Positions 28,737 through 39,391 of a DNA stretch of 64,000 nucleotides are shown here, in pieces (position 1 is the first letter of the stretch; every line of letters begins with the position of its first letter). This DNA is from an uncultured delta proteobacterium. Its GTDB lineage: Bacteria > Desulfobacterota > Desulfomonilia > UBA1062. The stretch is from contig CAWCTR010000032.1 of the NCBI GenBank assembly GCA_963798485.1, positions 1 through 64,000 of the forward strand, written 5' to 3'. The translations under genes were made by a program, and so were the position numbers. A model generated the notes under the pieces. That model searched no databases, had not been told where the DNA came from, and saw only the letters and a program-made list of their open reading frames with translations.

Positions 28737-29330
28737 GTGTCTGAGCATACTCCCACTCGCAAAGAGGCCCTTGCCCTGCTCCATTCCTACAACCGGACGG
28801 ATAACCTGCGCATCCACGCCTATTGTGTGGAAGCGGTTATGCGCTACATCGCCCGGAAAAGAGGGCAGGATGAGGAAAAGTGGGGTGTCATCGGCTTGAT
28901 CCATGACCTCGACTATGAGCAGTTCCCGGAGCAGCACTGCACCAAGACCAGGCAGATCCTTGAGGAGAACGGCTGGCCTGAAGAATATATTCGGGCAGTA
29001 GTCTCCCACGGGTGGGGTATCTGCTCGGAAGCAAAACCTCTCAGCGACCTGGAAAAGACACTCTATACCATAGATGAGCTCACAGGGCTTGTTGCTGCAA
29101 GCGCCTTAGTAAGGCCTTCCAAGAGTGTGCTTGACCTCTCCGTGAGTTCGGTGAAGAAGAAGTGGAAGTCGAGCGCATTCGCCGCAGGGGTGAACCGGTC
29201 GATCATAACCAACGGTGCTCAAATGCTTGGTCTTACGGTAGACCAGCTCATTGAGGACACTATCATGGGCATGCGCGAGGTGGCCGAGGCAATCGGCCTG
29301 AAGGGAGAACCCCAGGGTTCACCATCATAA
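28737..29330 (+). CDS. HD/HDIG-domain protein
   Basis: H...GLIHDLDYE...H...SHG...DELTG. Confidence 0.9.
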   Translation: MSEHTPTRKEALALLHSYNRTDNLRIHAYCVEAVMRYIARKRGQDEEKWGVIGLIHDLDYEQFPEQHCTKTRQILEENGWPEEYIRAVVSHGWGICSEAKPLSDLEKTLYTIDELTGLVAASALVRPSKSVLDLSVSSVKKKWKSSAFAAGVNRSIITNGAQMLGLTVDQLIEDTIMGMREVAEAIGLKGEPQGSPS

Positions 29331-29403
29331 AGGGGGATCGCTTATACGATTCTTTACCTTGGGTTGGTTTCTTTCACACTATAAAGAGAAAGGACTTAAG
29401 GAT

Positions 29404-30051
29404 ATGGTAAGGAAAATCTTTGAAGGTTTGTACGCATTCATCTGGCAGGATAACCGGCAGAACAACTGCAACAGCTACCTTATCGACGACGGGAAACGCA
29501 TCCTCATCGACCCGGGACACAGCCACCTGTTCAGTCATGTAGAACAAGGGTTCGCATCGCTTAAAATCGATCCGGCCTCCATTGACCTCATTATCATTAC
29601 CCATGCACATCCCGATCACATGGAGGCTGCCCAGCTCTTCAAGAAACCCACCCAGCTCGCCATGGGCGCTACCGAGTTCGGATACCTCAAGGAACTGGCA
29701 GGGGAGTATTACAAGGTGCCGGAGCCGGATTTCTTTTTAGCGCCAGGGGACCTGGAAGTCGGCAGCCTACGGTTCGAGGTCATCGATACACCCGGCCACA
29801 CGCCCGGGTCCATCTGCCTGAACTGGCCCAAGCAGGGGGCGCTCTTCACCGGGGACCTCATCTTCGAACAGGGCATAGGGCGGACGGATCTCCCCGGAGG
29901 CAGCGGCAGCCAGCTCAAGGAAAGCATCCTGAAGGTGGAATCTTTACCGGCTCAATATCTTTTCCCCGGCCACGGCAATATAATCAGTGGGGCCATGGCG
30001 GTAAAAGACAACTTCAAGCAGATCAAGGAGTACTGGTTCAGATATCTCTAG
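29404..30051 (+). CDS. MBL-fold metallo-hydrolase
   Basis: THAHPDH, PGHTPGS, TGD and PGHG motifs. Confidence 0.92.
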   Translation: MVRKIFEGLYAFIWQDNRQNNCNSYLIDDGKRILIDPGHSHLFSHVEQGFASLKIDPASIDLIIITHAHPDHMEAAQLFKKPTQLAMGATEFGYLKELAGEYYKVPEPDFFLAPGDLEVGSLRFEVIDTPGHTPGSICLNWPKQGALFTGDLIFEQGIGRTDLPGGSGSQLKESILKVESLPAQYLFPGHGNIISGAMAVKDNFKQIKEYWFRYL

Positions 30052-30554
30052 AGTGAGCGGATCTGTTGCCTGAACCGGTCCTTGAGACCTTTTACAAAGG
30101 CCGGCCAAACCTCATCATGATCCATGTTCGGTACCAGGGCCGTACCTGATATACCCCTTGCCTTGAGCTCGGACAACATACGTCCCTGGTGCTCTTGCCT
30201 GTACAGCTCATAACGGGCATGGTAGTCATTGATAAAATCTGCAAACGGCTTCACTTCAAGCCCGAGAACCTCTGTAAGGGTCTTAAGGATAAGGCTGTTG
30301 TCCCCATCAGGGTCAATATGGCGGGTTAACTCGGCATGGAGGATATCGGCTAATGCATTGTAGCGGGATGACTCAACAGTAAAATCTTTCATGAGTTCAT
30401 CAATGGTAATCTTCTGATCCATAAGCATCTGGACCCATCCCCTGGCCTTGTCCTCCCATTCCTTTCGCTGGAGGGCCTCTCTATCCTCCCGGCTCATGGC
30501 AAGGTTCTTGGTCCTCTCCATGACCAGATCCAGCGTACTCTTTATCTTTGCCAT
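30048..30554 (-). CDS. Conserved-looking hypothetical protein
   Basis: MAKIKSTLDLVMERTK start; GISGTALVPN. Confidence 0.7.
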   Translation of the reverse strand: MAKIKSTLDLVMERTKNLAMSREDREALQRKEWEDKARGWVQMLMDQKITIDELMKDFTVESSRYNALADILHAELTRHIDPDGDNSLILKTLTEVLGLEVKPFADFINDYHARYELYRQEHQGRMLSELKARGISGTALVPNMDHDEVWPAFVKGLKDRFRQQIRSL

Positions 30555-30583
30555 AGCTTCATCCCCGAACGTTTTTACCCCGG

Positions 30584-31549
30584 TCAAACCCGACGCACAT
30601 GCCCGGTAATTACCCCGATGATCTCGGGCCATAACACGGGCGGGAGCGAGTGGCCCATGCCATCGAAGATCTTCAGGCCCGCCCCACGTATCGACTGTGC
30701 CGTATCTATGCCGCATTCAATAGACACCAGCGGGTCATCAGTACCATGTATAACAAGAGTGGGGCTCTTCACCTTGGCAAGCCTCTCCTTCCTGCTGCCC
30801 GAGACAACGATCGCTGCAAGCTGCCGGGCATTTCCCGCCGGGTCAATCCCTCTATGATACGTTTCCACACCGAGCCTGCCTGCCGTGGTATCATCCATTG
30901 GGAAACGCGGTCCGCTCAAGACCCTCCAGACATCCCTGAAGTATGCAACAAAGGCATCCCGGGCGGTGGGAATAGGCCTGAAGAGTATCTCGATCGCCTC
31001 TGTAGAAGGTGGCGGCAGCAGAGGGCTCCCTGTAGTGGACATGATGGATGTTAATGTCATAAGGCGGTCCGGATAAGAAATGGCAATCTCCTGTCCGATC
31101 ATACCACCCATGGATACCCCGACAACATGGGCCTTTTCAATATGGAGCGCATCGAGCAGGCCGACAGTATCCTTTGCCATGTCCGAGATCTTATATGGCG
31201 CTATAGAGAGCTTCCCCAACAACAGTGACTGGATATGGGGCATTCCCAATGCAGTCATTTTCGTCGACATGCCTACATCGCGGTTGTCGAAACGGATTAC
31301 ATAAAATCCTTTTTCAGCAAGCCTAAAACAGAATTCGTCCTCCCAAAGGATCATCTGGCAGCTTAATCCCATGATGAGCAGGATCGGATCATTATCCTTG
31401 TTGCCGAAGGTATCATAGGCGATCTCGATTCCATTGGCATTGACTAAGCTTAAGGGAGAATGTGGTATCTGTGCATTCATGATCTTGATTATCTCTTCTT
31501 CCATACGTTGTCTTTGCCTCCTTTTCATATCATCAACCTTCCTCTTCAT
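30584..31549 (-). CDS. Alpha/beta hydrolase
   Basis: GVSMGG nucleophile elbow, HGTDDPL and GMGH. Confidence 0.92.
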   Translation of the reverse strand: MKRKVDDMKRRQRQRMEEEIIKIMNAQIPHSPLSLVNANGIEIAYDTFGNKDNDPILLIMGLSCQMILWEDEFCFRLAEKGFYVIRFDNRDVGMSTKMTALGMPHIQSLLLGKLSIAPYKISDMAKDTVGLLDALHIEKAHVVGVSMGGMIGQEIAISYPDRLMTLTSIMSTTGSPLLPPPSTEAIEILFRPIPTARDAFVAYFRDVWRVLSGPRFPMDDTTAGRLGVETYHRGIDPAGNARQLAAIVVSGSRKERLAKVKSPTLVIHGTDDPLVSIECGIDTAQSIRGAGLKIFDGMGHSLPPVLWPEIIGVITGHVRRV

Positions 31550-31732
31550 AAAGACAAAGATTTTCCTGTTGTCTGAAAATGTCCGGTCCGTTACAATATA
31601 TCATCGGCCGCATCTTCCGAGAAGCTCCTTAGGATGCAGACGAACGCCGTGAAAACCGCATCCCTTAGGGCCTCTTTGATCATATGGCCTCAATTTACGT
31701 GAAACGAATGACAAAGGAGGATGATCAAAGCC

Positions 31733-32104
31733 ATGTCAGAAGAGACCAAGAAACATGCCCACGAAAAGCCCATCGACAAGATGACCATCAAGGAGCTCAG
31801 GGAGGTCGCCATGGAGATCCCCCACGAGCATACGGAAGTCGCTGTCCGGGATATGACCAAGGAGCAGCTCATTGTTTTCATCAAGGAGGCAAAAGGCATC
31901 AAGGACGAAGGGCCTGTCCATCATGACAAGAAGAAGAAAAAGCCTAAGGCAAAGGTAATCTTGTCCAAGCAGGATATCAAGGCCAAGATCAGGGACCTCA
32001 AAAAGGTAAAAACCGCTGCGTATGAGAATAAGGAAGAAACCCGGGTTGCCATCCTGCGCAGGCGCATCAGCAGGTTAAAAAAACTGAGCAGAAAGATCGC
32101 CTGA
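31733..32104 (+). CDS. Small basic protein with a Rho-N/SAP-like helical motif
   Basis: DKMTIKELREVA...MTKEQLI; Lys-rich C-terminus. Confidence 0.7.
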   Translation: MSEETKKHAHEKPIDKMTIKELREVAMEIPHEHTEVAVRDMTKEQLIVFIKEAKGIKDEGPVHHDKKKKKPKAKVILSKQDIKAKIRDLKKVKTAAYENKEETRVAILRRRISRLKKLSRKIA

Positions 32105-32582
32105 TACGAATAGATAAACGGGCAGCCCATGCAGGTGATTTCAAGGCATCCATGCCGTGGCTGCCCGGGGTACCTTATGAATCGTATTACCTGGGAGAAA
32201 CCCAGATTGTCGACGGGTCTGGGGTAGTCCGGGCACGGATGAGCAGTCATGGTATTATCAAAGAGTAAAAAGAAAGGGCCCTATGAGCATGTCTACAATA
32301 CGCCAAGATGGGCAATCTGCCTGATCAGGGAGAACAATCATTGGAAAACCTTTTCTTCCCAGGGTAGAATTAATTTGCTTACAATCATAAAAGTTTCTCC
32401 TCCCTATAAATTTTCAACTATATGTAATACAACGGTAATACAGATTATTATTAAATAGTACTAGACTATACCTGTAAATAACCTGGGGGTATTTCAGTAA
32501 TTATAACTCATTTATTTGGCACATTTTGTGTAACATATAATCGATGTGAGCATATCCTGTTATCATCTGAAAACCATGAAAG

Positions 32583-34526
32583 ATGTACATCGGCACCCAA
32601 TCCAGCTTCAACGAAAGAAGAACTCAAATGAAAAACCCAACAACAGATCTGAGTTTTGTGACTACCAGAGCTGAATCGGAGACCAAGAGCTCGGTATCTG
32701 TATCCCTAACTACCCTAAGCAAGACCGATTGCATAGGAAGCCTTAAGAATATCGAAGAAGCTGTGAGTTTCAACATCAAGAGTCCCATCAAAGATGATGT
32801 TATCTCGAACAAGGATCTTATAGATCCTGCAACCATGTATCCGCTCAAGTTGGAAAGAGATATCGTTGAAGCACGTCAGGTATTTCATGATCAAAGTGCC
32901 TGGGAAGATCTACTGACTTACAGCAGAACAATAAAACAATATGAAAATGAAGGATTCGTACCGGATTCTATTTCAGCTATCAACCACATGAAAGTTCAGA
33001 ATGGCTATGTTCCCGAAGAAATATCACATCAGGAATTAACAGGTAGACAGTTGATAAGACAAGCAAAATTAATCAGCAAGGCACCGTTTTTCAAAGCAAT
33101 AACATCACATGTTGAGAATAGGGAAGTTAATGGGTTCTCTAAACAGAAACGACTCATCGAGGAGACAATTCAAATTTTAAACCTGCTAAGAAGGATTGGT
33201 AACGTTTTTAGATGCAATAAGATACATACGATGTTGGGAACTCCCGTGGAGGTAAACGTTGCCTGGCAATGTTTCGGTACCATCTGGCCTGCCGGGATTG
33301 ATTTATATGCAATACTGAGGGAATTATATCCAGCCTTTCATGCGCGCATTACTGGCCAGATTCCTCATTATATCGCAGAGAACCTGGAATGTTTATTAGA
33401 TCAAAACGTTGATAGGAAGACTATTCGCGGTATAGGTAGGTTTCTTGTTGATGATAATAGCAGATTTCTCGGGTTATACCCTGTTGCAGAAGTTCCTGTA
33501 GAGCATGTCACTCTTGACTCAACATTCGTTTCTCAAGACCAGATTGGAAGGAAGGCACTAGTTAAGAGAGTATTGGATGACATTACAGATATAATGCAAG
33601 GAGATCGTAATAAACCCATGGTGGTATTAGATTATGCCGGGGGAGTTGGGAACCTTTCCGAGTTATTGTTGAAGATGATTTATTCTCTTGAGGATAATGA
33701 ACTACGGGCAAGACTAATGAACAAGGTAAAGGCAGTGGTAATTGATTTGGAGGACGATCAGCTTGAAGCAGGACGAAAGAGATTTGAAGTGATGGGCAAA
33801 AAGCCAGAACTGCAAGGAATCAAAGATAGAATCATTTTCATGAAAGGTGATGTAACCAAGCCATTGAGCGAATATCAATTAAAAAGTATACATAACAAGT
33901 TTGGCATAAAATATCACGATCAACCTATTTATCTGGGAATGACTGCATACACGATAGGCGCCCTTGATATTCAATCTGATCAGGATGTGACTACATATGC
34001 ACAAGCAATGGCTCGTGAAGTATTTAAACAGTGCAGTAAAATTTATGCCGTTGATTTTTCTTCGCCCATGTGGAGATTAAATGATTTCTTAAGAGATACA
34101 GATAGATGGGGAAATGAATACTTAAGAACAATACATGGTGTGCCGGACCCTCAAGATGAATATACACCATTACCCCGAATTATAGCTTCATGGTTGTCAT
34201 TCCGGCATGGATTGAAATGTAAGACAATAGCTGAGTTTGTCAGGTCCATGGCTCTGGCCCCGGCATTAGCGGCACATTATCTTACAGCGTGGCCTGGTTC
34301 CGAGGGACACAGTGCCGGGTACAGCGTAGGGGAATGTGGTATGATAAAAAAACCTGGAATACTATCTTTTGCCAATAGCCTGCAGTCATATGGCGCCAGT
34401 GTTGCTTACAAATCGAAAGTATGGCTTGTTGGGACTCTGGATCTCGGAAGAACTTCAAAAGATACTCGTGCCTGGGCATTCATCCCCGGATGGGTAGCTG
34501 ATTTTGTTGTTGCCAGAAATAAATAA
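32583..34526 (+). CDS. AT-rich hypothetical protein with class I SAM-methyltransferase-like motifs
   Basis: VVLDYAGGVG (motif I), VIDL (acidic motif II) and KGDV (motif III). Confidence 0.6.
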   Translation: MYIGTQSSFNERRTQMKNPTTDLSFVTTRAESETKSSVSVSLTTLSKTDCIGSLKNIEEAVSFNIKSPIKDDVISNKDLIDPATMYPLKLERDIVEARQVFHDQSAWEDLLTYSRTIKQYENEGFVPDSISAINHMKVQNGYVPEEISHQELTGRQLIRQAKLISKAPFFKAITSHVENREVNGFSKQKRLIEETIQILNLLRRIGNVFRCNKIHTMLGTPVEVNVAWQCFGTIWPAGIDLYAILRELYPAFHARITGQIPHYIAENLECLLDQNVDRKTIRGIGRFLVDDNSRFLGLYPVAEVPVEHVTLDSTFVSQDQIGRKALVKRVLDDITDIMQGDRNKPMVVLDYAGGVGNLSELLLKMIYSLEDNELRARLMNKVKAVVIDLEDDQLEAGRKRFEVMGKKPELQGIKDRIIFMKGDVTKPLSEYQLKSIHNKFGIKYHDQPIYLGMTAYTIGALDIQSDQDVTTYAQAMAREVFKQCSKIYAVDFSSPMWRLNDFLRDTDRWGNEYLRTIHGVPDPQDEYTPLPRIIASWLSFRHGLKCKTIAEFVRSMALAPALAAHYLTAWPGSEGHSAGYSVGECGMIKKPGILSFANSLQSYGASVAYKSKVWLVGTLDLGRTSKDTRAWAFIPGWVADFVVARNK

Positions 34527-34799
34527 GGGGTTTGACTAGTTCCATAGCACCACTGGTCCAGTCACCGTAGCGGATGTGACTTTCGGCCACGACTGGAGTC
34601 AAATACAGGGGAGGAGGGGCTAACTGAATCTGCATGAAACCCCTTGCATATGTTCAGTCTCGAGTAAAATTGTATTATCAAATACATGTTATCATACAAA
34701 TGCATGTCCTGTTCTGTGGCATATGAATGTAAGAATCAACCAAGCCCAGACTGACATCAGAAAGTACTACAATACCCAAGGGTATCTACAGCTCCATGT

Positions 34800-36482
34800 T
34801 CACATGGACTCGGCTTGGTGAGGCACTTCGGGCATTGACATGGTTCCCTTCAGGCGTCTTTTTAAGAGGGCATATCTCATCAAAGCAGGTATTAACGCGA
34901 GCAGGGTATGAACCTGGTAGTATGGTGTATCCACATACCCTTCAACAGGCGGCGGCAGAGGGAGTCCCTTAAGTGATGCCAGTTTCTCTTCGATAAGCTC
35001 CCCTTGATTGTCATAGAGCCCTTCCTCGATTTGTTCCAGATAATTCATGTAACCTTTCTCAACGTATTGCCTCAAGTTGCGGTTTATCCGCTTCATACCA
35101 TATCCCATGGAGACCCCCATAAAGGCCCGGAAGAGATCTTTTGAGAATACATCCCTCAAAATGTTCCAGTGAGAATAAGTCCGGTCGTTGATGTCAAAGA
35201 TCAGCCTCTGCAGGGTGCTGGGTTTCATCCGCTTCGGGAAATAGGTGACGAAACTCCCGGTCATGTAATCCCAGTAATCGAGATTCGTTTGATCGGTTTT
35301 TTCATAATATGTCATGAAGCGCCTGTTCAGGGGGATCAGACGCTCCTCATTTTCATTATCCTCCAGATCGTGAAGTATGAACAGATTCAGGATGAGCCGG
35401 TTTTTCGTAACGAAGTCAATCATATCCCTGGCGTTCTCTGGCGTATCTTCATCATACCCGAGCACAAACGTTGACAGGACATTCATACCGTGATCCGTAA
35501 TGCTACGGATGCTCTTGAGTACTTCCTCGTGTGTCTGTCTCTTATTGAATGCCTTGAGGCTTTTATCAAGGAGTGATTCTACACCGACAATGATCACCTT
35601 TACCCCGGCCTTGTGAAGCATTTCAAGCATTTCCTTGTCTCTGCCGATCTCGTGCCGCTCGAATATGATGAACTGTACGCCAAGGTTCTCATCAACGATT
35701 CTTTGAAGGAGAGCTTTGGTATGTTTACGGTCGCTGCAGAAGTCATTGTCCACGACAAAAAACCGCTCATTATATTTGCGCCTCTTCTTGATATCCTCTA
35801 TGACACTGTCGATATCCCTGTTTCGGTAGACACCCTGGAACAGCTTATGTGTGGGACAGAATCTGCATCGGAAACGGCACCCTCGCGTGGTCTGCAACGT
35901 ATTGACCACCGTTCTGAGTCCTCTGACTCGCGGCTTCACCCGGTCAAACCCTTCAATGAGCGTGATATCGGGTATGGTTGCCGGGATCTCCGGGGGTGTC
36001 CCATCGGGGGTATGGACAATCTGCCCTTCCCGTAGAAATGAGATCCCTGGAAGCGCCTCTATATCGCCTCTGGTGTTCATGCATTCGATAAGACGCGGTA
36101 GGACGTCATCGCCTTCGCACCGCACCGCATACGTACAGCAATCAAGAACCTTTTCCGGAAAGTAACAGACCATTGGGCCGCCCATAATGATGGGGAGTCC
36201 GACCCTTTCCTTAAGTACCTTCTTGGCAAATTCCCTCACCTTATTCATTGCCGGGGCAAACACGGTCAGGCATAATATATCAGCTTCGGTTATAACATCG
36301 AATTCCATGGTGCTTACTCCCTCGAGGAAGTACCGGACCTGATAACCCCTGTCCCGCATAAGAGAGGCGAGGAGCAGGCTGCCATACTTGGGGAATAGCT
36401 GATTGAGTGAACCCAAGGTGTTTATCTTGGCATTGAATTCAATAAAGTTAATCCTTCTGATGGCTGATTGTCCCATGGCCAA
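34800..36482 (-). CDS. B12-binding-type radical SAM protein
   Basis: TTRGCRFRCRFC (CxxxCxxC), IMGGP, GEGD-like and GVES motifs. Confidence 0.9.
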   Translation of the reverse strand: MAMGQSAIRRINFIEFNAKINTLGSLNQLFPKYGSLLLASLMRDRGYQVRYFLEGVSTMEFDVITEADILCLTVFAPAMNKVREFAKKVLKERVGLPIIMGGPMVCYFPEKVLDCCTYAVRCEGDDVLPRLIECMNTRGDIEALPGISFLREGQIVHTPDGTPPEIPATIPDITLIEGFDRVKPRVRGLRTVVNTLQTTRGCRFRCRFCPTHKLFQGVYRNRDIDSVIEDIKKRRKYNERFFVVDNDFCSDRKHTKALLQRIVDENLGVQFIIFERHEIGRDKEMLEMLHKAGVKVIIVGVESLLDKSLKAFNKRQTHEEVLKSIRSITDHGMNVLSTFVLGYDEDTPENARDMIDFVTKNRLILNLFILHDLEDNENEERLIPLNRRFMTYYEKTDQTNLDYWDYMTGSFVTYFPKRMKPSTLQRLIFDINDRTYSHWNILRDVFSKDLFRAFMGVSMGYGMKRINRNLRQYVEKGYMNYLEQIEEGLYDNQGELIEEKLASLKGLPLPPPVEGYVDTPYYQVHTLLALIPALMRYALLKRRLKGTMSMPEVPHQAESM

Positions 36483-36544
36483 ACCTCCCGGTGATTAACC
36501 TTCACGTCATTCTTCAATAATAAACCTAATGTCCTCAAATACAA

Positions 36545-36729
36545 GAATATCTTCATATGTTTTTCCATCTCGTATACAAGGGTTGAGAGGCTTATGGTGA
36601 TAACCAGGTATATGGCCGCTATTGTAAACCAGACCTCAAAGACCAGAAATGTCTATGCCACGATAGCCTGTGGCCCTGCATGGTCAGGTCATAGATTGCA
36701 ATGGTGCTCACCAGGGCCGAGTCTTTGAG
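36545..36729 (-). pseudogene. Fragment of a polar amino-acid ABC permease
   Basis: Reads LKDSALVSTIAIYDLTMQG|QAIVA*TFLVFEVWFTIAAIYLVIT, with a frameshift near 36673 and TAG at 36653-36655. Confidence 0.7.
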
Positions 36730-36832
36730 GTAAAGGCACCAATACCTCCTATGGGCGAGATGACAAAGTAGAGTAAAAAAAGAGACCGATTAAGATTGTA
36801 TGTCAGCGGCCATAAGTATATGCGGCAAACAA

Positions 36833-38491
36833 CTACCTGACGAGCCCTGCCTTGACAAACGCCTGATTAATAAGGTCACGGGCGCCTTCCTGCAGCTGCT
36901 TCAGGTGTTCGGCGCCTTTGAAGCTCTCTGCATAGACCTTGTAGATATCCTCCGTACCCGAAGGACGCGCTGCGAACCAGCCACCAGCGGTCATTACCTT
37001 GATCCCGCCGATGGGGGCCTTATTGGCCGGGGCCTCGGTGAGGACGGATTGGATTGCATCCCCTGCCAAGTCCCCTTTTGCGATAAGTCCCGGAGAGATC
37101 TTGCCCAGTACCGCCTTCTGGGCCGGGCTTGCCGGGACATCCGTACGTTCGTAGGCAAACGCGCCGAATTGCGATTCAAGCCCGTGATAGAGCTCGGATG
37201 GGTCCTTGCCCCGCACCGCCATCATCTCTGCGGCAAGGAGGTCCATAATTATGCCGTCCTTGTCCGTTGTCCACACCGTACCGTCCGTGCGCAGGAACGA
37301 TGCACCGGCGCTCTCTTCGCCTCCGAAGCCCAGGGACCCATCAATAAGTCCCTTGACGAACCACTTGAACCCCACCGGCACCTCGACAAGCCGCCTGCCC
37401 AGAGAATGGGCAACCCGGTCGATCATGGAGCTGCTCACCAGGGTCTTGCCGACAGAGGCGTCTCTTCTCCACCTGTCCCTTGTTGCAAAAAGATATTCGA
37501 TGGCAACGGCCAGGTAGTGGTTGGGATTCATGAGGCCGCCTGTCTTTGTTACTATGCCATGCCGGTCAAAGTCCGGGTCATTGCCGAAGGCAAGGTCGAA
37601 GCGGTCTCTCAGACCGATGAGGCCGGCCATGGCATAGGGCGAAGAGCAGTCCATCCTGATCTTGCCGTCATGATCCACGGTCATGAACCCGAAGGTCGGG
37701 TCGGCCTTGCCGTGCATGAGCTCGATATCAAGCCCGTACCGCTCGGCTATATGCGGCCAGAAGGCAAAGCCCGCACCGCCCAGGGCATCGGAGCCCAGCT
37801 TAAGTCCTGCAGAAGAGACGGCATTCATGTTGACGATGCTGGAGAGCCCTTCCACATACGGGCCGATGTAATCATACAGGGTCGTGGTGGGCGCCTTGAT
37901 GGCCCGCTCAAAGGGTATGCGCCTTACCGAGGCATTTCGGCCTTCAAGGATCTTGTTGGCCTTAAGGGCTATCCATGCAGTGATATTCGTGTCGGCAGGC
38001 CCCCCTGAAGGAGGGTTATACTTGAAGCCCCCGTCTTCGGGTGGATTGTGGGACGGCGTCACCACAATGCCGTCTGAGAGCGGGCGTTGCCTGCCCTTGT
38101 TATAATCGAGTATTGCGTGCGAGATCACCGGTGTGGGGGTAAACCCGCCATCCTCCTGGATCATGACTGTTACGGCATTGGCTGCAAGGACCTCCAGGGC
38201 TGTCCGGAATGCCGGTTCGGAAAGCGCATGGGTATCCTTGCCCATGAACAGCGGCCCGTCAATGCCGAGCTCCTTCTTATGGTCGCAGATGGCCTGGGTG
38301 ATGGCAAGGATATGGTCCTCATTAAAACCGTAAGAAAGAGAAGACCCGCGATGGCCTGAGGTGCCGAATGATACCCTGTGGGAAGCGATATTCATATCGG
38401 GATGCAATGAATAGTAGGCATCGATGAGCGCCTGCACATTTACAAGCATCTCTTTCGGCGCCGGTTTACCTGCAAGATGATGGACTCCCAT
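36833..38491 (-). CDS. pgm: Phosphoglucomutase
   Basis: FGTSGHRG, TPSHNP, NDPDFDR and GEESAG motifs. Confidence 0.96.
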   Translation of the reverse strand: MGVHHLAGKPAPKEMLVNVQALIDAYYSLHPDMNIASHRVSFGTSGHRGSSLSYGFNEDHILAITQAICDHKKELGIDGPLFMGKDTHALSEPAFRTALEVLAANAVTVMIQEDGGFTPTPVISHAILDYNKGRQRPLSDGIVVTPSHNPPEDGGFKYNPPSGGPADTNITAWIALKANKILEGRNASVRRIPFERAIKAPTTTLYDYIGPYVEGLSSIVNMNAVSSAGLKLGSDALGGAGFAFWPHIAERYGLDIELMHGKADPTFGFMTVDHDGKIRMDCSSPYAMAGLIGLRDRFDLAFGNDPDFDRHGIVTKTGGLMNPNHYLAVAIEYLFATRDRWRRDASVGKTLVSSSMIDRVAHSLGRRLVEVPVGFKWFVKGLIDGSLGFGGEESAGASFLRTDGTVWTTDKDGIIMDLLAAEMMAVRGKDPSELYHGLESQFGAFAYERTDVPASPAQKAVLGKISPGLIAKGDLAGDAIQSVLTEAPANKAPIGGIKVMTAGGWFAARPSGTEDIYKVYAESFKGAEHLKQLQEGARDLINQAFVKAGLVR

Positions 38492-38656
38492 TCTAGGATT
38501 CGCCCCCCTTTCCCCTCTTTAATAACGTCAATGAAGCATTCACCTATAGTGAGCTCAGGTCATCTTAATAATAATTGATATTAAGGGGAAGTCTTTGATT
38601 GCACAAGGAAAAAAATATTTCAAGGGATCCTGGGGATAGGTGATGCCTCAAGAGGC

Positions 38657-38686
38657 TTGACAATTACTAGACGACCGGTCTATTAT
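38657..38686 (+). promoter_or_regulatory. Sigma70 promoter with an overlapping TetR/NemR-like operator
   Basis: TTGACA at 38657 and TATTAT at 38681; imperfect palindrome TAGACGACCGGTCTA at 38668-38682. Confidence 0.7.
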
Positions 38687-38708
38687 TATGTCTTGAAAGG
38701 AATCCGTT

Positions 38709-39293
38709 ATGGCTCGTGATGCAACCAGGCTCAACCTCATCAAGGAGGGGGCCCGCCTCGTTCATGAAAAAGGATACAACAATACGGGACTGTCCGACAT
38801 CCTCAAGGCGGCAGGTATTCCCAAGGGATCATTCTATCATTACTTCAGGAGCAAGGATGATTTCGGATTGGCCGTCATCGATTACTTCGGCGAATCCATA
38901 CAGGCAATGCTCAAGGGACCCCTGGATGATACCGGCACACCCCCGCTTGAACGGCTTGCCCGGGTCATGGATACCTATCACTCGATCTTCGAGAAGATGG
39001 GACACCGCTGCGGATGCCCCGTAGGCAACCTGATGCAGGAGATGAGCGATCTGAACGAGGATTTCAGGAACAAAGTGGGTCATGTCTATTCCCTCATGAA
39101 GGACGGCATCGAACAGTGCTTGAGCCAGGCCCGTGAACAGGGGGATATCGCTGCCGACCTCGATCCGGGCCAGGCCGCCCAGTTCATCCTCAACAGCTGG
39201 GAAGGGGCCATCATGCACATGAAGCTCGCCAAGGACAAAGAGCCCCTCATGGTCTTCAAGAAGATGGTCTTTGAACGCATCCTGAAGCACTGA
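38709..39293 (+). CDS. TetR-family regulator (NemR-like)
   Basis: GYNNTGLSDIL...PKGSFYHYF.SK; GCPVGNL; WEGA. Confidence 0.92.
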   Translation: MARDATRLNLIKEGARLVHEKGYNNTGLSDILKAAGIPKGSFYHYFRSKDDFGLAVIDYFGESIQAMLKGPLDDTGTPPLERLARVMDTYHSIFEKMGHRCGCPVGNLMQEMSDLNEDFRNKVGHVYSLMKDGIEQCLSQAREQGDIAADLDPGQAAQFILNSWEGAIMHMKLAKDKEPLMVFKKMVFERILKH

Positions 39294-39391
39294 CAGGAAA
39301 GGGTTTGCTTGGGGTATTCCAATACATAAGAAGAGTAGCCGCATACGAATGACGACCGGATCACTGCCGGGCGTGAACAGGAGGGCTATAT

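Noticed and set aside
31733-32104. Transcription termination factor Rho
   Set aside because: Only a short N-terminal-like helical motif is present, with no RNA-binding or ATPase domain.
36800-38008. 402-aa plus-strand ORF
   Set aside because: Antisense shadow of pgm with no motifs; the same applies to the other antisense ORFs over GC-rich genes.
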